Below are positions 20,749 through 30,547 of a DNA stretch of 64,000 nt, one piece after another. The notes below the pieces were generated by a model. The model searched no databases. It was not told the origin of the DNA and saw only the letters and a program-made list of their open reading frames with translations. The position numbers were made by a program, and so were the translations under genes. Every line of letters begins with the position of its first letter. Positions within the stretch are counted from its first letter, which is position 1. The DNA comes from a virus. The stretch spans positions 32,704 to 96,703 of IMG/VR virus record IMGVR_UViG_3300023245_000006; one strand, written 5' to 3'.

Positions 20749-21423
20749 TTATTTTTTTAATGCCAATACATCGCTATCCTTTATTTGATCGACCCGTCTC
20801 CAACACTTTAATCTTGGTAGATATAGCCTATGATTACCCGTGACCTGTATTTTTTTACCATTCATCAATTCTATTTCGAACCAATCGGGATTTTGTTCCT
20901 TTTCATCGAAACAATCTTTAAACCCCATTTTAATCGGTTTAAATTCGGTTTTCCTACTTACCATATTATAAGTCAAAACTTCACAATCGATATTATTCTC
21001 AACGATATCACCGATATTAATATCTCCTAGATTTGTAGTAATTTTTGTATCATAGGCAAAACATCCATTATACTTCACCTGTGAGACGCATGGATAAGTA
21101 ATCTTTTTGATACGATCCTTGAAGTTCTTGGCAAGCATAGGCTCGACGAATGACATCTTACCAATATCATCGATATTTTCAAAATACCCACCCGATTTCT
21201 TTTTCTTTTTCCACATGGCTTCGGCTTCGAATAGTGCCTGTGCTTCGGGATCGCGTTGATTGGCTCGACCAGCATTGGTCATAACCGTATCGGTCCATGC
21301 TGCCTCGACGATCTTTCCATCTTTCTGACCATAACGGGTGGTGAAAGATCCACCATCAACAATAACCTCCCATTGTTGAATTGCACCAGTCGAAGTGAGT
21401 GAATATAGAATAGGTAATTTCAT
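20749..21423 (-). CDS. ATP-dependent DNA ligase, N-terminal half (120 aa) plus split intein N-part (104 aa)
   Basis: PMLA..QVKYNG then CFAYDTKI (intein block A) and VTGNH (block B). Confidence 0.92.
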   Translation of the reverse strand: MKLPILYSLTSTGAIQQWEVIVDGGSFTTRYGQKDGKIVEAAWTDTVMTNAGRANQRDPEAQALFEAEAMWKKKKKSGGYFENIDDIGKMSFVEPMLAKNFKDRIKKITYPCVSQVKYNGCFAYDTKITTNLGDINIGDIVENNIDCEVLTYNMVSRKTEFKPIKMGFKDCFDEKEQNPDWFEIELMNGKKIQVTGNHRLYLPRLKCWRRVDQIKDSDVLALKK

Positions 21424-21444
21424 GATGTGACTATATCCAATTTT

Positions 21445-21948
21445 TTAAGAAAGGTCGACCCTTTTCTTCAAAAGTTCATCAACCAAATTTCGCAAGGCAT
21501 CATAAGCACATTTCAAACCAGCACGATCATCGAGAAGGATGTTGAAATAAATCTTACTACGACTCCAATCATGGCTCTTTACAGGATGCCAATCGATCAG
21601 ATCTTCGTTGATACCATCAATCACGATTCCGAGCTTATTACATTCCATATGGATAGCTATATGACGTTCTTTCGAAGATCCACTAAAGATCACGATTCTA
21701 AAACCTAGTGCATTACAATCTTTCATTAGTGCAACGAGTTTAGGAAATTTATATCCTTTTTTGTGATAGTCGAATAAAGTCGAGTCAAAATCACATGCAA
21801 TAATAAGTTTCTTATGTTTATTATATTCATCTTGAAGTCTATTGAAAACATGATGTGGTTCCATGAATGGATCATTCATAAAATTTTCAGGTTGATTCTC
21901 AATTTCCCATATACGCTGTTCTCTGTCTTCTGTTTGTGTTGATATCAT
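21445..21948 (-). CDS. HAD-superfamily hydrolase
   Basis: CDFDSTL and LLDDRAG motifs. Confidence 0.75.
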   Translation of the reverse strand: MISTQTEDREQRIWEIENQPENFMNDPFMEPHHVFNRLQDEYNKHKKLIIACDFDSTLFDYHKKGYKFPKLVALMKDCNALGFRIVIFSGSSKERHIAIHMECNKLGIVIDGINEDLIDWHPVKSHDWSRSKIYFNILLDDRAGLKCAYDALRNLVDELLKKRVDLS

Positions 21949-22043
21949 GATTGGTTTAATTTTAATAGTAAATTTTGTGTGTCGCTGACTTGAAACAATT
22001 CTTTTCATGATCGATATCAAAAACTTGTTATAATTTCTCTGGA

Positions 22044-23090
22044 TTATTTCTTTGCATCGTAAGGGCTTGATATAAACTTCACGCTCCAATTCTTACCCAA
22101 AACGTTAGACCTGATAGGCTCTACAGTTTTAAGGACAAGACCTTCACCATCGGTCTTACCGTTGTCGTATTTAACACTATCGGCAATAATTTGCAATTCT
22201 TCGAGGGAAGGCATGTCTTCGACTTTGAAACGGAATAATTCTTCTACAGGTTGCAAGTAATCGCTACGCATACAAAACTCCAACACATCATCCCAAGAAA
22301 ACCAATTTCCACCATCAAGATTTTTGATTCCAAAGATAAACATATGTTGTCCTTTAAGGTTCATTTTATTTCCTTGAATACCTTCACCACAGATTTCTGA
22401 TTGAATGGCCAAATTCCGACCATCCAATTTGAGAGTGTCTTCGATCTTGTATTTTTCGGCCATCTTCCAAAAGGTGTTGTTTTCATCCTTTTTAAGTTCA
22501 AGGTTACGAGAACAAACACGCAAATGATTTCCTTGGATAGTTCCGTACCAATTAAAAAACGTTCCCGAAGAACCATCACACTTAGTTGTGGCTACGAGTT
22601 CTTGTCCTTGGAACCTATCTTCTTTCAATTCCAAGATTGCATCTGGGTTACTTCGGTAGTTATCTTCATCCGTTTTCGAAACGATGAAAGTTGGGAAATC
22701 GCCAAGAGCGATTCCGGCTAATTGTGATGACATCGGTGTTTCATATTTTTCGATGTTTAGATATTCTGCAACATCCATTCCCTCTTCCAAAACCAATCCA
22801 TCATTGAGAACCTCAAATCCCAATACGGATGCTGGGAGAACTAGACCAGCGGAAAACTGCCCCCGCATTTTCATGGTTTTGAGACGAATTCTTTCATTTC
22901 CTTCATACGTTGAATCGATAAGTTTCTTATCGATTAGGGTATCGGGAAATACAAAAATAACAGTATCTCCAACTTTATGTAGACCTTTTCTAACCACGCA
23001 ATACCACCCCAATACAAGCGAACGTTCGATAAAATCCGAATTTGGGATGGGGGTTAATTCTAAAATTTTGGTGACTTGTGTTAATTTCAT
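22044..23090 (-). CDS. RNA ligase, DRB0094 family
   Basis: N-terminal OB-like domain, KTDE, KCDGSS, CSRN and EGLV. Confidence 0.88.
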   Translation of the reverse strand: MKLTQVTKILELTPIPNSDFIERSLVLGWYCVVRKGLHKVGDTVIFVFPDTLIDKKLIDSTYEGNERIRLKTMKMRGQFSAGLVLPASVLGFEVLNDGLVLEEGMDVAEYLNIEKYETPMSSQLAGIALGDFPTFIVSKTDEDNYRSNPDAILELKEDRFQGQELVATTKCDGSSGTFFNWYGTIQGNHLRVCSRNLELKKDENNTFWKMAEKYKIEDTLKLDGRNLAIQSEICGEGIQGNKMNLKGQHMFIFGIKNLDGGNWFSWDDVLEFCMRSDYLQPVEELFRFKVEDMPSLEELQIIADSVKYDNGKTDGEGLVLKTVEPIRSNVLGKNWSVKFISSPYDAKK

Positions 23091-23120
23091 GACCTGACTA
23101 TATCTAAATTTATAAAAATG

Positions 23121-23798
23121 TCAAATACTAATCACCGAATAATCAGACAAAGTTTTAAAACCTTCATTTCGAAGGATTTCCGCCGATGCATCATTGTGGT
23201 GATATGTGTAAAAATTCTTATGATCTTTATATTCCAAAAGTTCTTGGTAATAACAATGCACACCATTATTAAATGTGGAAGCATCATGAAAAACCGTGGT
23301 TCCTTTACTTAATGATGTCGATAAAAAGGATAACGGTTTTCCAATATCACCAGAAAATGTTAAGATGTTGTCACCTTCAAATAAAAAAGCCCCGCTAGAA
23401 TTTACACCCTTGATATGTTCAGAATCTGTAGAAAATGTTATGATGTCAGGATCTCCCAAAGATCGGTATTCAACATTTCTTTGCATACCGCCCATATATA
23501 AAATATTTTCGACATCTTGCATAACGGTATTACTAGCCACAATTTGAATCGGTTTCTGGGGTTTGGTGCAAAACCATCTATAGTAAATTAATGATTCAAG
23601 ACTTCCAACATGGTCAGCATTAACATGGGTGATATAAATCAAATCGATCTTATCAACCCATCCAGTTTTAATCAATTTAGGAAAAACATCCCAACCACAA
23701 TCAACCAATATAGTCTTACCATTCGTTTCAACGATAAAAGAAGAATTCCCTTCATAAACATCAAAAGCACCACCGTAACCTAGTGTATGTATTTTCAT
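23121..23798 (-). CDS. MBL-fold metallohydrolase (RNase Z-like)
   Basis: LG.GGAF, VDCG, ITHVNADHVG and FSGD. Confidence 0.8.
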   Translation of the reverse strand: MKIHTLGYGGAFDVYEGNSSFIVETNGKTILVDCGWDVFPKLIKTGWVDKIDLIYITHVNADHVGSLESLIYYRWFCTKPQKPIQIVASNTVMQDVENILYMGGMQRNVEYRSLGDPDIITFSTDSEHIKGVNSSGAFLFEGDNILTFSGDIGKPLSFLSTSLSKGTTVFHDASTFNNGVHCYYQELLEYKDHKNFYTYHHNDASAEILRNEGFKTLSDYSVISI

Positions 23799-24163
23799 AG
23801 AACTTCCTCTAAAATTCTCCAACTTTTAAATGTATTAAAATCTACAGACACTTCTATAGGTTTACCAATTAATTGATCAACCGTAGAACATTTGGCATCG
23901 TTTAAAATCTGACTGACTTCTTTACACATATTAGCCATGGATTTTGATCGATCATCCTCGTCCCATTTTGTATATTTGGTGACATCGATATTAGAATAGT
24001 CCCAACCACCGTCAACAAATGTTGATCCATCACCACCTTTGATACTGAAAGATATATTAAGTCCCATTTGAACATCTTGATATCCGCCCAGACCAAATTT
24101 AGCCGATGTTATTTTTCCAAGATTTTTCTCGAAATCGTCGTGTTGTTTTGATTTATATTCCAT
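23795..24163 (-). CDS. hypothetical phage protein
   Basis: ORF coupled to the next gene. Confidence 0.7.
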   Translation of the reverse strand: MEYKSKQHDDFEKNLGKITSAKFGLGGYQDVQMGLNISFSIKGGDGSTFVDGGWDYSNIDVTKYTKWDEDDRSKSMANMCKEVSQILNDAKCSTVDQLIGKPIEVSVDFNTFKSWRILEEVL

Positions 24164-24253
24164 ATTATTTAAACCAAAGAAGAATTCCAGCCCAGAACAA
24201 AAATCCCATACTTATTAAGATAAGTGCGATCACATCACTCATAGTTCCAATTT

Positions 24254-25639
24254 TCATTGAGAAATCTGTGGTGCCCTGTTGGACAACAACGATTCCATTG
24301 GTTTTTGAGCCTGACGGACTATAAGCTCGTCAGTGGGAGGACTGGAACTGTTCCAATAGAACCCGGAACGGTTCCAGTGTTGCTCCCGAGCAGCCTTCGG
24401 CAATAAAGGAAGGTCAAGGCTAATGTTCACGGAGCCATTCATATCTGCATTCTGTGCGTTTCCGCACCCTTTGCAAACGAACTGTTCTCCGCGTCTATTA
24501 GCCTTCTGCACCCATCCGCAGCACGAACATCGCTGGCTGGTAAACATCGGATTTACCTCAGACACTTGGACGCCAAGTGATTGAGCCTTTTGTTTAACGG
24601 CGTTTAGTAGCTTTGTTGCGCTCCAGTGAGAAAGTGATTTTGAGGTTCGGCGACCTCGCTTTAGATGTTTGATGCGTTCCACGCGAACAGACGCGACTCC
24701 CGTGAAATTGAGCCGATTTACGGATTCGCCCACGAAGTTTCGGCAGTGTGATTCGGCGCGTTTAAAGCCGTCACTCCCGCGCTTGCATCGCGCCATCTTA
24801 TTGTTTATATCTTTGAGGGACCATCCGTGGTTTCCCGTTTTGATCTGTGAACCATCACTCACCGAAAAGATGGACGTTTGCCCGATGTCAATGCCTATTG
24901 CGGGAACAATTCCTATTGCGGGAACAACTCCTATTGAGGAAAGAGTCAATTCCGCAGGTTGCGGCTCTGGAATCTCAAAGGATAACGAGACCTCTGTTTT
25001 GGACATTCGAACGCTATTGAGGCGCGTTCCAGTCTCTTGTATGGAGTTAAAATGCTTGTGGTAATTTAGAGGAATTAGCAACTTCTCGCCGCGAATGCCC
25101 GTTGGGCCTCCTACAACCTTGGTGTCTTTTACGCCCGTGGTGTCCTTTGTGCCCTTGGCACCCCTCAAACTCTTGATCGTAAGCCACGCATCAAAACTCG
25201 TTGAAATAGAAGGGTTTAGATCGAAGAATCTGCTATCTAGTTGAGCCTCAACGTGATTCGTTGCTGGACAAGAGACCTTGTTTTTTTCAATGATTGCTCG
25301 CAGAACCCGTGCCTTCTTGTGTTGCCCTGCTTTTTCAAACTCCTTTACTTGCCATTCTCTGCGCTTATTCTTCGCAAGACTGCCATTGGCAATGCCACTA
25401 GATTGTTTCGCGGCACACTGAATTGCTCTCGCAGAAAGCCAAGTTTGAACGTTCGTAATCTCGCCGCTAGGCATCTGTTGTACTTGCTTCCCATCGTTCA
25501 GCTCGTGCCAAAACCGCCCCACGAATTCTGTCACGACGCGTGCATATTCGTCTAGGAATTCAGCAACCTTTTCGCTTTTATGAGCGTTAGCGAATTTAAG
25601 CGTTAGCCGAGACGAACGGATGTTGCGTTTTTTCTTCAT
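24254..25639 (-). CDS. tnpB: RNA-guided endonuclease TnpB
   Basis: RuvC GIDIG, VERI, TSQRCSCCG..CKGCG Zn finger and NADMNGSVNI. Confidence 0.9.
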   Translation of the reverse strand: MKKKRNIRSSRLTLKFANAHKSEKVAEFLDEYARVVTEFVGRFWHELNDGKQVQQMPSGEITNVQTWLSARAIQCAAKQSSGIANGSLAKNKRREWQVKEFEKAGQHKKARVLRAIIEKNKVSCPATNHVEAQLDSRFFDLNPSISTSFDAWLTIKSLRGAKGTKDTTGVKDTKVVGGPTGIRGEKLLIPLNYHKHFNSIQETGTRLNSVRMSKTEVSLSFEIPEPQPAELTLSSIGVVPAIGIVPAIGIDIGQTSIFSVSDGSQIKTGNHGWSLKDINNKMARCKRGSDGFKRAESHCRNFVGESVNRLNFTGVASVRVERIKHLKRGRRTSKSLSHWSATKLLNAVKQKAQSLGVQVSEVNPMFTSQRCSCCGWVQKANRRGEQFVCKGCGNAQNADMNGSVNISLDLPLLPKAAREQHWNRSGFYWNSSSPPTDELIVRQAQKPMESLLSNRAPQISQ

Positions 25640-25703
25640 GGACTTCTAATAATTACACTTAAATCTCAGTTATTCCACATTTTTTCACGAAAAGTGAAGC
25701 TGC
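24257..25703 (-). mobile_element. non-autonomous TnpB-only IS200/IS605-like element
   Basis: GC shift; left-end hairpin TTCAC-TTTTC-GTGAA; right end ...TCAA; splits a small membrane-protein gene; ends approximate. Confidence 0.7.
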
Positions 25704-25973
25704 TGAACGATACCGAGAAGAAGTAAAAAAAAATGAACCAATATATAAGTTTCCATATATGTTATATTACCAGTTTTTCGGAAATTGTCAATGACTATTT
25801 AAAATTATCGCAACCCCATCAGGTGTATAAATTCCATCAATTTAAAATTCCGTATGGTGCGTAGGGCTTTATTATAATCTTCGATTGTAAGAGTTAGATA
25901 TCTATTACCGTATTGGTCGTACATACCATTTTCATCTGGCTTAATTTGTTCTAGTTCGTTCATATTATTATAT

Positions 25974-26408
25974 TTAGTCTTTCAAACTTCGTGATTTTTG
26001 TTTGCATTGGTTTATTCCTTTGGTTGATAAAATCGTGATATGAAAATATGCAAATCCATCGGTTTTTTTCAAGATCCCTAGATCCTTGGCAATAGTCTCG
26101 CACTCGGTCGAAAAAATATTTAACCAGAAGTTCAAGAATCCCTTTTCAAACCCACCATAATTACCCGAAACGTCATAGTCAAACCAAATCTCTTTACCGT
26201 TCAATTTTTTATATTTCGAACAGTTGGTTCCTTTATGGTGTTTCGGGTTACAGATGCCTATGTGTGCCCCGTAACGAGGCGTCTGGTTCTTGATAGTGTC
26301 CCAATGAGCCTTGTTGAAAAGGGCGCGATAGTATCGACAAAAATCAAGATCGGTTGTGATCTTGATAAAGTCTTTTCCCACTAAAAATTTTCCCTTTGCT
26401 CTTAACAT
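25974..26408 (-). CDS. 2H-phosphoesterase-like protein
   Basis: AHIG and FHIT motifs about 65 aa apart. Confidence 0.5.
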   Translation of the reverse strand: MLRAKGKFLVGKDFIKITTDLDFCRYYRALFNKAHWDTIKNQTPRYGAHIGICNPKHHKGTNCSKYKKLNGKEIWFDYDVSGNYGGFEKGFLNFWLNIFSTECETIAKDLGILKKTDGFAYFHITILSTKGINQCKQKSRSLKD

Positions 26409-26451
26409 TCCCGAAATATATATAAACCATGTAGGTTAGTCAAGAAAATCA

Positions 26452-27009
26452 TCATTTTGATTTATAATATTTAGAAAACTTTTTAATCGGGCATTTACAA
26501 AATACATTCAAACTACAGTCATCACAATCGCGATTTTTTAGAAAAATATCAGGACGGATGCAATTTGATTTGGTTTCTTTTTCACAGGCCTCTCGATTTT
26601 TTGATAGATCGATTATTACGGTCTTTTTATGGAGATCAATTACTGGTAAATTTTTCCGAATTTCATCGGCCCTTATATCCATCTCTTCGCGAGTCATAAT
26701 ATTTACAATTTTAGGTAAATAAACTTCGTTTTCCTTTTTCTCTTTTTTAACAATTTCTTTAATTCGATCCTTTTCGAATTTAACACACATTTTACAATTT
26801 GTGGTAGTCAGGATGGTTGAGATGTTAGAACCAATCAGAAGTTTCTTAACCTTTTGGGGCGACATACTAGCCCTCTGCATTTTACACTCACAACAATAAA
26901 TTTCTATGTATGGGAGTTTTCCATGGCTTTCATAAAATGAAAGCCATTTCTTCATATCCTCAAATTGTTTAGGTTTTGGTAGTTTGAGTTTTTTCTTGGT
27001 ATGTTTCAT
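26452..27009 (-). CDS. Cys-rich basic hypothetical protein
   Basis: several CxxC motifs; C-terminal CIRPDIFL..C..C. Confidence 0.6.
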   Translation of the reverse strand: MKHTKKKLKLPKPKQFEDMKKWLSFYESHGKLPYIEIYCCECKMQRASMSPQKVKKLLIGSNISTILTTTNCKMCVKFEKDRIKEIVKKEKKENEVYLPKIVNIMTREEMDIRADEIRKNLPVIDLHKKTVIIDLSKNREACEKETKSNCIRPDIFLKNRDCDDCSLNVFCKCPIKKFSKYYKSK

Positions 27010-27056
27010 GACAGTATTTATCAACATTAACACCAGATTCGAAAAATATCAAGTCC

Positions 27057-27160
27057 ATTTATCAGATTTTTATAAATTCTCCCACCACCACAGAGGTTGA
27101 ATATTGGTGTAATGAAAACACCTCTACTGCTCTGGGTCCGAAAGAGCAAATTTCTGTTTT
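27057..27160 (-). pseudogene. remnant of an HNH-type endonuclease C-terminus
   Basis: translates FALSDPEQ*RCFHYTNIQPLWWWENL*KSDK with in-frame stops. Confidence 0.55.
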
Positions 27161-27182
27161 TCTCTGCGATCATTCATCAGAA

Positions 27183-27659
27183 TTATTTATAATTAAGTAG
27201 TTCCATTTTTAAAAAATTTTGAATATTTCTTCTACTATCTTCTGATATAATATTATATTCGATGTTATGGAAATCGAAAAAATCTTTGAATCCACTACAT
27301 TTAGAATATTCTTCGAGATAAAAAACTCTCTTAATTTGCATGGCTCCTATCGTTTGACAGCATTTTATACAAGGAGATATGGTTATATATAAATCTCGAC
27401 ATTCCCCTATTTTAATAAGGGAACATACATTAGATTCAGCATGAATGAATAACTCAGCCTTTTTATGTCTGTTTTTTTCTAGAAACATCCATTCAGGTAT
27501 TTTTTTATTAGGTGACAGCCCATTATAACCAGTAGCAATTATTCTATTGCTATAATCCATGGCACAAGCCCCAACTTTCGTATGCGGATCTTCGCTTCTT
27601 GCTTTTGATGTAAGTGCCAACAATCCACCATATTCTATAAATGATAATCTATTTTTCAT
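27183..27659 (-). CDS. dCMP deaminase
   Basis: RSEDP.TKVGA, TGYNG, HAE and PCxxC. Confidence 0.92.
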   Translation of the reverse strand: MKNRLSFIEYGGLLALTSKARSEDPHTKVGACAMDYSNRIIATGYNGLSPNKKIPEWMFLEKNRHKKAELFIHAESNVCSLIKIGECRDLYITISPCIKCCQTIGAMQIKRVFYLEEYSKCSGFKDFFDFHNIEYNIISEDSRRNIQNFLKMELLNYK

Positions 27660-27871
27660 ATTAATATTTTCTCCATATCCAAATAGGTTATACGTGGCTG
27701 ACTGGTAGTGGCGCGTGATTTGGATCGGGCAACTTGGTCTGGTTGTCGGCGTCGTGACCTACTGTTTCTGGAGAAGGATACTTTAATCTACCAAAAATCG
27801 GCTGATGATACGGACTGTCATATCGACCGATTAAGCATCCTTGGTATGCTGAGTGCGAAGAAACAGAAAAA

Positions 27872-28011
27872 TCCGAACAGAGCGATCCAGGGAACTCCCG
27901 TCCCTGCTGGACTTCTGTCATGGGAGATGCGTTATTTTTGGTTTCTTGGCTGCTGTTTTGCATATCTTGGTCTTTCGGTTTCATCGGGATACCTCATCTT
28001 GGGCGTAAGAA
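27872..28011 (+). other. degenerate integron attC-like site
   Basis: TCCGAAC-5 nt-GATCCAGG...TCCCG / CGGGA..CCTCATC-6 nt-GTAAGAA. Confidence 0.45.
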
Positions 28012-28021
28012 TCTAAATTAG

Positions 28022-29461
28022 TTAAATTGTTACTTGATTGTATCGTTCTGCATTTATGGTTTCCAACATGACATCCAGCGGAGAGATAGTGTTACCCGAA
28101 AGCAACGTCTTCAAGATAGATGGCGAACACCCGCTTACGAGACATGTTCCCTTATCATCCTTGGTGATCGGTGACTGACTGTTTCGGGCATTGACATTCC
28201 AGAACACCAAGTTTGGTTGCACATATCCTGCTGCTTCATACTTGAGACGGGTAGCCTCATAGTTTGTAACAGACTGTCCACGACAAGCCATATCGAATTC
28301 CATATCCGAAACAATGTAGAGGGTATCAGGCATATCTTCCTGCGGAACATCATTCCGCATTCCTGTAGTAAGAATCAGATCGAACGTTGCTTGCAAGTTA
28401 GTAGACATATCCCAATCCGCCCTTTCAAGGTTCTGAACCTTCTCTCGAATATTGTTTCCAACAACAGATTGAAGTGTTGGGGTTTCGGAGAACGTGAAGA
28501 ACTTGTTGGCAAAGGCACCCTTGTTCTTTTCGGCAAAATAAATTGCCAAAGAGATAGAGACTGCCATTGGTCTGCCAGTCATGCTACCGCTCACATCCGC
28601 AATAACGATTCCGTTGTGCTTGTTCTCTCCGATATAATCAGGTAGAGCATCCCAAAGGACATCCAAAGTATCACTCTTATCACATCGATTCAGAATCTTT
28701 TCAACAATTTCGTAAGGATACAATGTAGATGCATTGATCTTAGTTTCACCCTTCTTAACTGCCGCCAAAAAGTTTTCATAACGTTCCTTATCGTGCTTAC
28801 GGAAGGCATCTTTATAGGTCAAAGATGCCTTCGAAGGAACATGAGAATATTCGATCTGGTCCCACTTGTTTGCACAAAGAAGAGGCTCAACAACCTTTGT
28901 CTTCTCACGCATATGAGAAAGAGTTTGACGGTATTCCTTAGATGATAGTCCAAGGTGCTTACGCAAAATCGTAGCAAGTCGTCTAGTTGACTTAGAAGAA
29001 GTATTTTCCGAACAAGACCATTTGAAGATTAGAGAGTTCGTCTCGAACCCCTTGTTCCACTCATTACCCCAAAATTCTAGAGCCTTGTCCCAAGACTTGG
29101 TTCCTTCCAAGAAAAAAAGATCATCATATCGACCATAGAACACGATGTTTTCTAGATTATTTACGACAATAGTTGGATACTCATTGCCCAACCACTTGAT
29201 GATTGTTCGGAAAGTCTTACGCTCGCCCATTCCCCCTCGGGCGTCACGGAAATAAAACATGGTTTTTAGAGCCAGTTCTTGATCTTCGGCAAATGCCTTA
29301 GAAAACAAGGAAATAACATCTTCATCAGAACGAGAACGCATAGCACCACCTAGACCAAAGAAATCCAATAGATTACTCAAAGTAGACTTGTGAGTAAAGG
29401 CACCATTCTCGGTTAGAGTGAAATTTTGGTTCTTTTCGATAGAGTTGATTAGTGAGTTCAT
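28022..29461 (-). CDS. DUF2828-type TROVE/Ro60-like protein with vWA domain
   Basis: TENGA, RDARGGMGER, MIDAS DVSGSM, SDMEFD and FWNV. Confidence 0.85.
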   Translation of the reverse strand: MNSLINSIEKNQNFTLTENGAFTHKSTLSNLLDFFGLGGAMRSRSDEDVISLFSKAFAEDQELALKTMFYFRDARGGMGERKTFRTIIKWLGNEYPTIVVNNLENIVFYGRYDDLFFLEGTKSWDKALEFWGNEWNKGFETNSLIFKWSCSENTSSKSTRRLATILRKHLGLSSKEYRQTLSHMREKTKVVEPLLCANKWDQIEYSHVPSKASLTYKDAFRKHDKERYENFLAAVKKGETKINASTLYPYEIVEKILNRCDKSDTLDVLWDALPDYIGENKHNGIVIADVSGSMTGRPMAVSISLAIYFAEKNKGAFANKFFTFSETPTLQSVVGNNIREKVQNLERADWDMSTNLQATFDLILTTGMRNDVPQEDMPDTLYIVSDMEFDMACRGQSVTNYEATRLKYEAAGYVQPNLVFWNVNARNSQSPITKDDKGTCLVSGCSPSILKTLLSGNTISPLDVMLETINAERYNQVTI

Positions 29462-29469
29462 ATTTTTAT

Positions 29470-29505
29470 TTGGTCTTGATTGGTCTTGATTGGTCTTGAT
29501 TGGTC
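29470..29505. repeat. 10-bp tandem repeat TTGGTCTTGA (~3.5 copies)
   Basis: seen directly, in the 5' UTR of the vWA gene. Confidence 0.85.
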
Positions 29506-29553
29506 AAGATGCTGGTTTTTTCATTAAGATAAGTTGATTGCTGCAAGCACCTT
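29506..29553 (-). ncRNA. CAGCAAUCAA stem-loop element, copy B
   Basis: AAGGUGCU/AGCAUCUU stem enclosing CAGCAAUCAA...AAAAAAC. Confidence 0.6.
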
Positions 29554-29588
29554 TATATTGTTATGTTATAGATTTTTATTAAATTGTC

Positions 29589-29627
29589 AAGATGCGTTTT
29601 TTCCATTTTGATTGCTGTCTGCATCTT
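29589..29627 (-). ncRNA. CAGCAAUCAA stem-loop element, copy A
   Basis: AAGAUGC/GCAUCUU stem with the same loop motifs. Confidence 0.6.
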
Positions 29628-29671
29628 TATTGATTGATATTTATCATACCAGTTTTTTTGATTAAGTCAAA

Positions 29672-30403
29672 TTATTTAATCTGTTTAAATTCATCGATAT
29701 CTAAGCACCGATAAACTCTATTATTATGAGAATCGAAAACGTAATGACTTTGATGATAGTGACCGAAATAATGAGACTGACATTCTGATAAATCAGACAT
29801 GTGCTGAACCAGTTCCATTTCGTGAATCAATTCACCTAATAGATCACCACCCTGCATGGCCTCTACACCGTGATAGTGCATAACCATAGAGTTTGTCTCG
29901 GCTTTAGATAATCCACAGTTTGTAGGGCCAATGTGCGTCATTAAGATATCAACCTTCTCGATTCGTTCAGGTTCAAAGACCACTTCTTCGTTTTCCCACC
30001 AAGATTTACCAATAATTCGTTCAGATCGGTCGATAGAGATACCACCACCGATTATCTGAATACGTTTGTCATTAATATCGTATATTGAATAATCCGGTGA
30101 AAAATAAACTCTTTCACCAAATTCTCGATTAGCCCAATGATTTTGATGGAAAAATATGGGATTACTATGGTTCCCTCGACAAATTATTAAATAAGAATTG
30201 ATTTTGGTCATATATTCATATAATTTACGTATTAGATGTCTTTCTTTAATGGGATGGTGGAACCCTTCACCCGCATCACCACAATGTAGAAAGACACAAT
30301 CTTGAAAGTCTTCTGGGATTTTTTTTTCGAAAAGATTAACCAGTTTTAATGAATGTGTATCTCCGATAAGAATAATCGATATATTTTTGAAAGTCGTTCT
30401 CAT
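29672..30403 (-). CDS. calcineurin-like metallophosphoesterase
   Basis: GDTH, GD, RGNH, TH and FGHYH. Confidence 0.9.
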   Translation of the reverse strand: MRTTFKNISIILIGDTHSLKLVNLFEKKIPEDFQDCVFLHCGDAGEGFHHPIKERHLIRKLYEYMTKINSYLIICRGNHSNPIFFHQNHWANREFGERVYFSPDYSIYDINDKRIQIIGGGISIDRSERIIGKSWWENEEVVFEPERIEKVDILMTHIGPTNCGLSKAETNSMVMHYHGVEAMQGGDLLGELIHEMELVQHMSDLSECQSHYFGHYHQSHYVFDSHNNRVYRCLDIDEFKQIK

Positions 30404-30547
30404 ATTATATATCTATATCAGAATTGTAAACAATGTCGAGAACTTTCTTTTTTAAAATAATTTTTCTCAGATTTTCTATCTAAAAACACCGTAGAATCTT
30501 TATATAACCAATCTAAAAATTTCTTGGATCTCAATTCTCCACACAAT

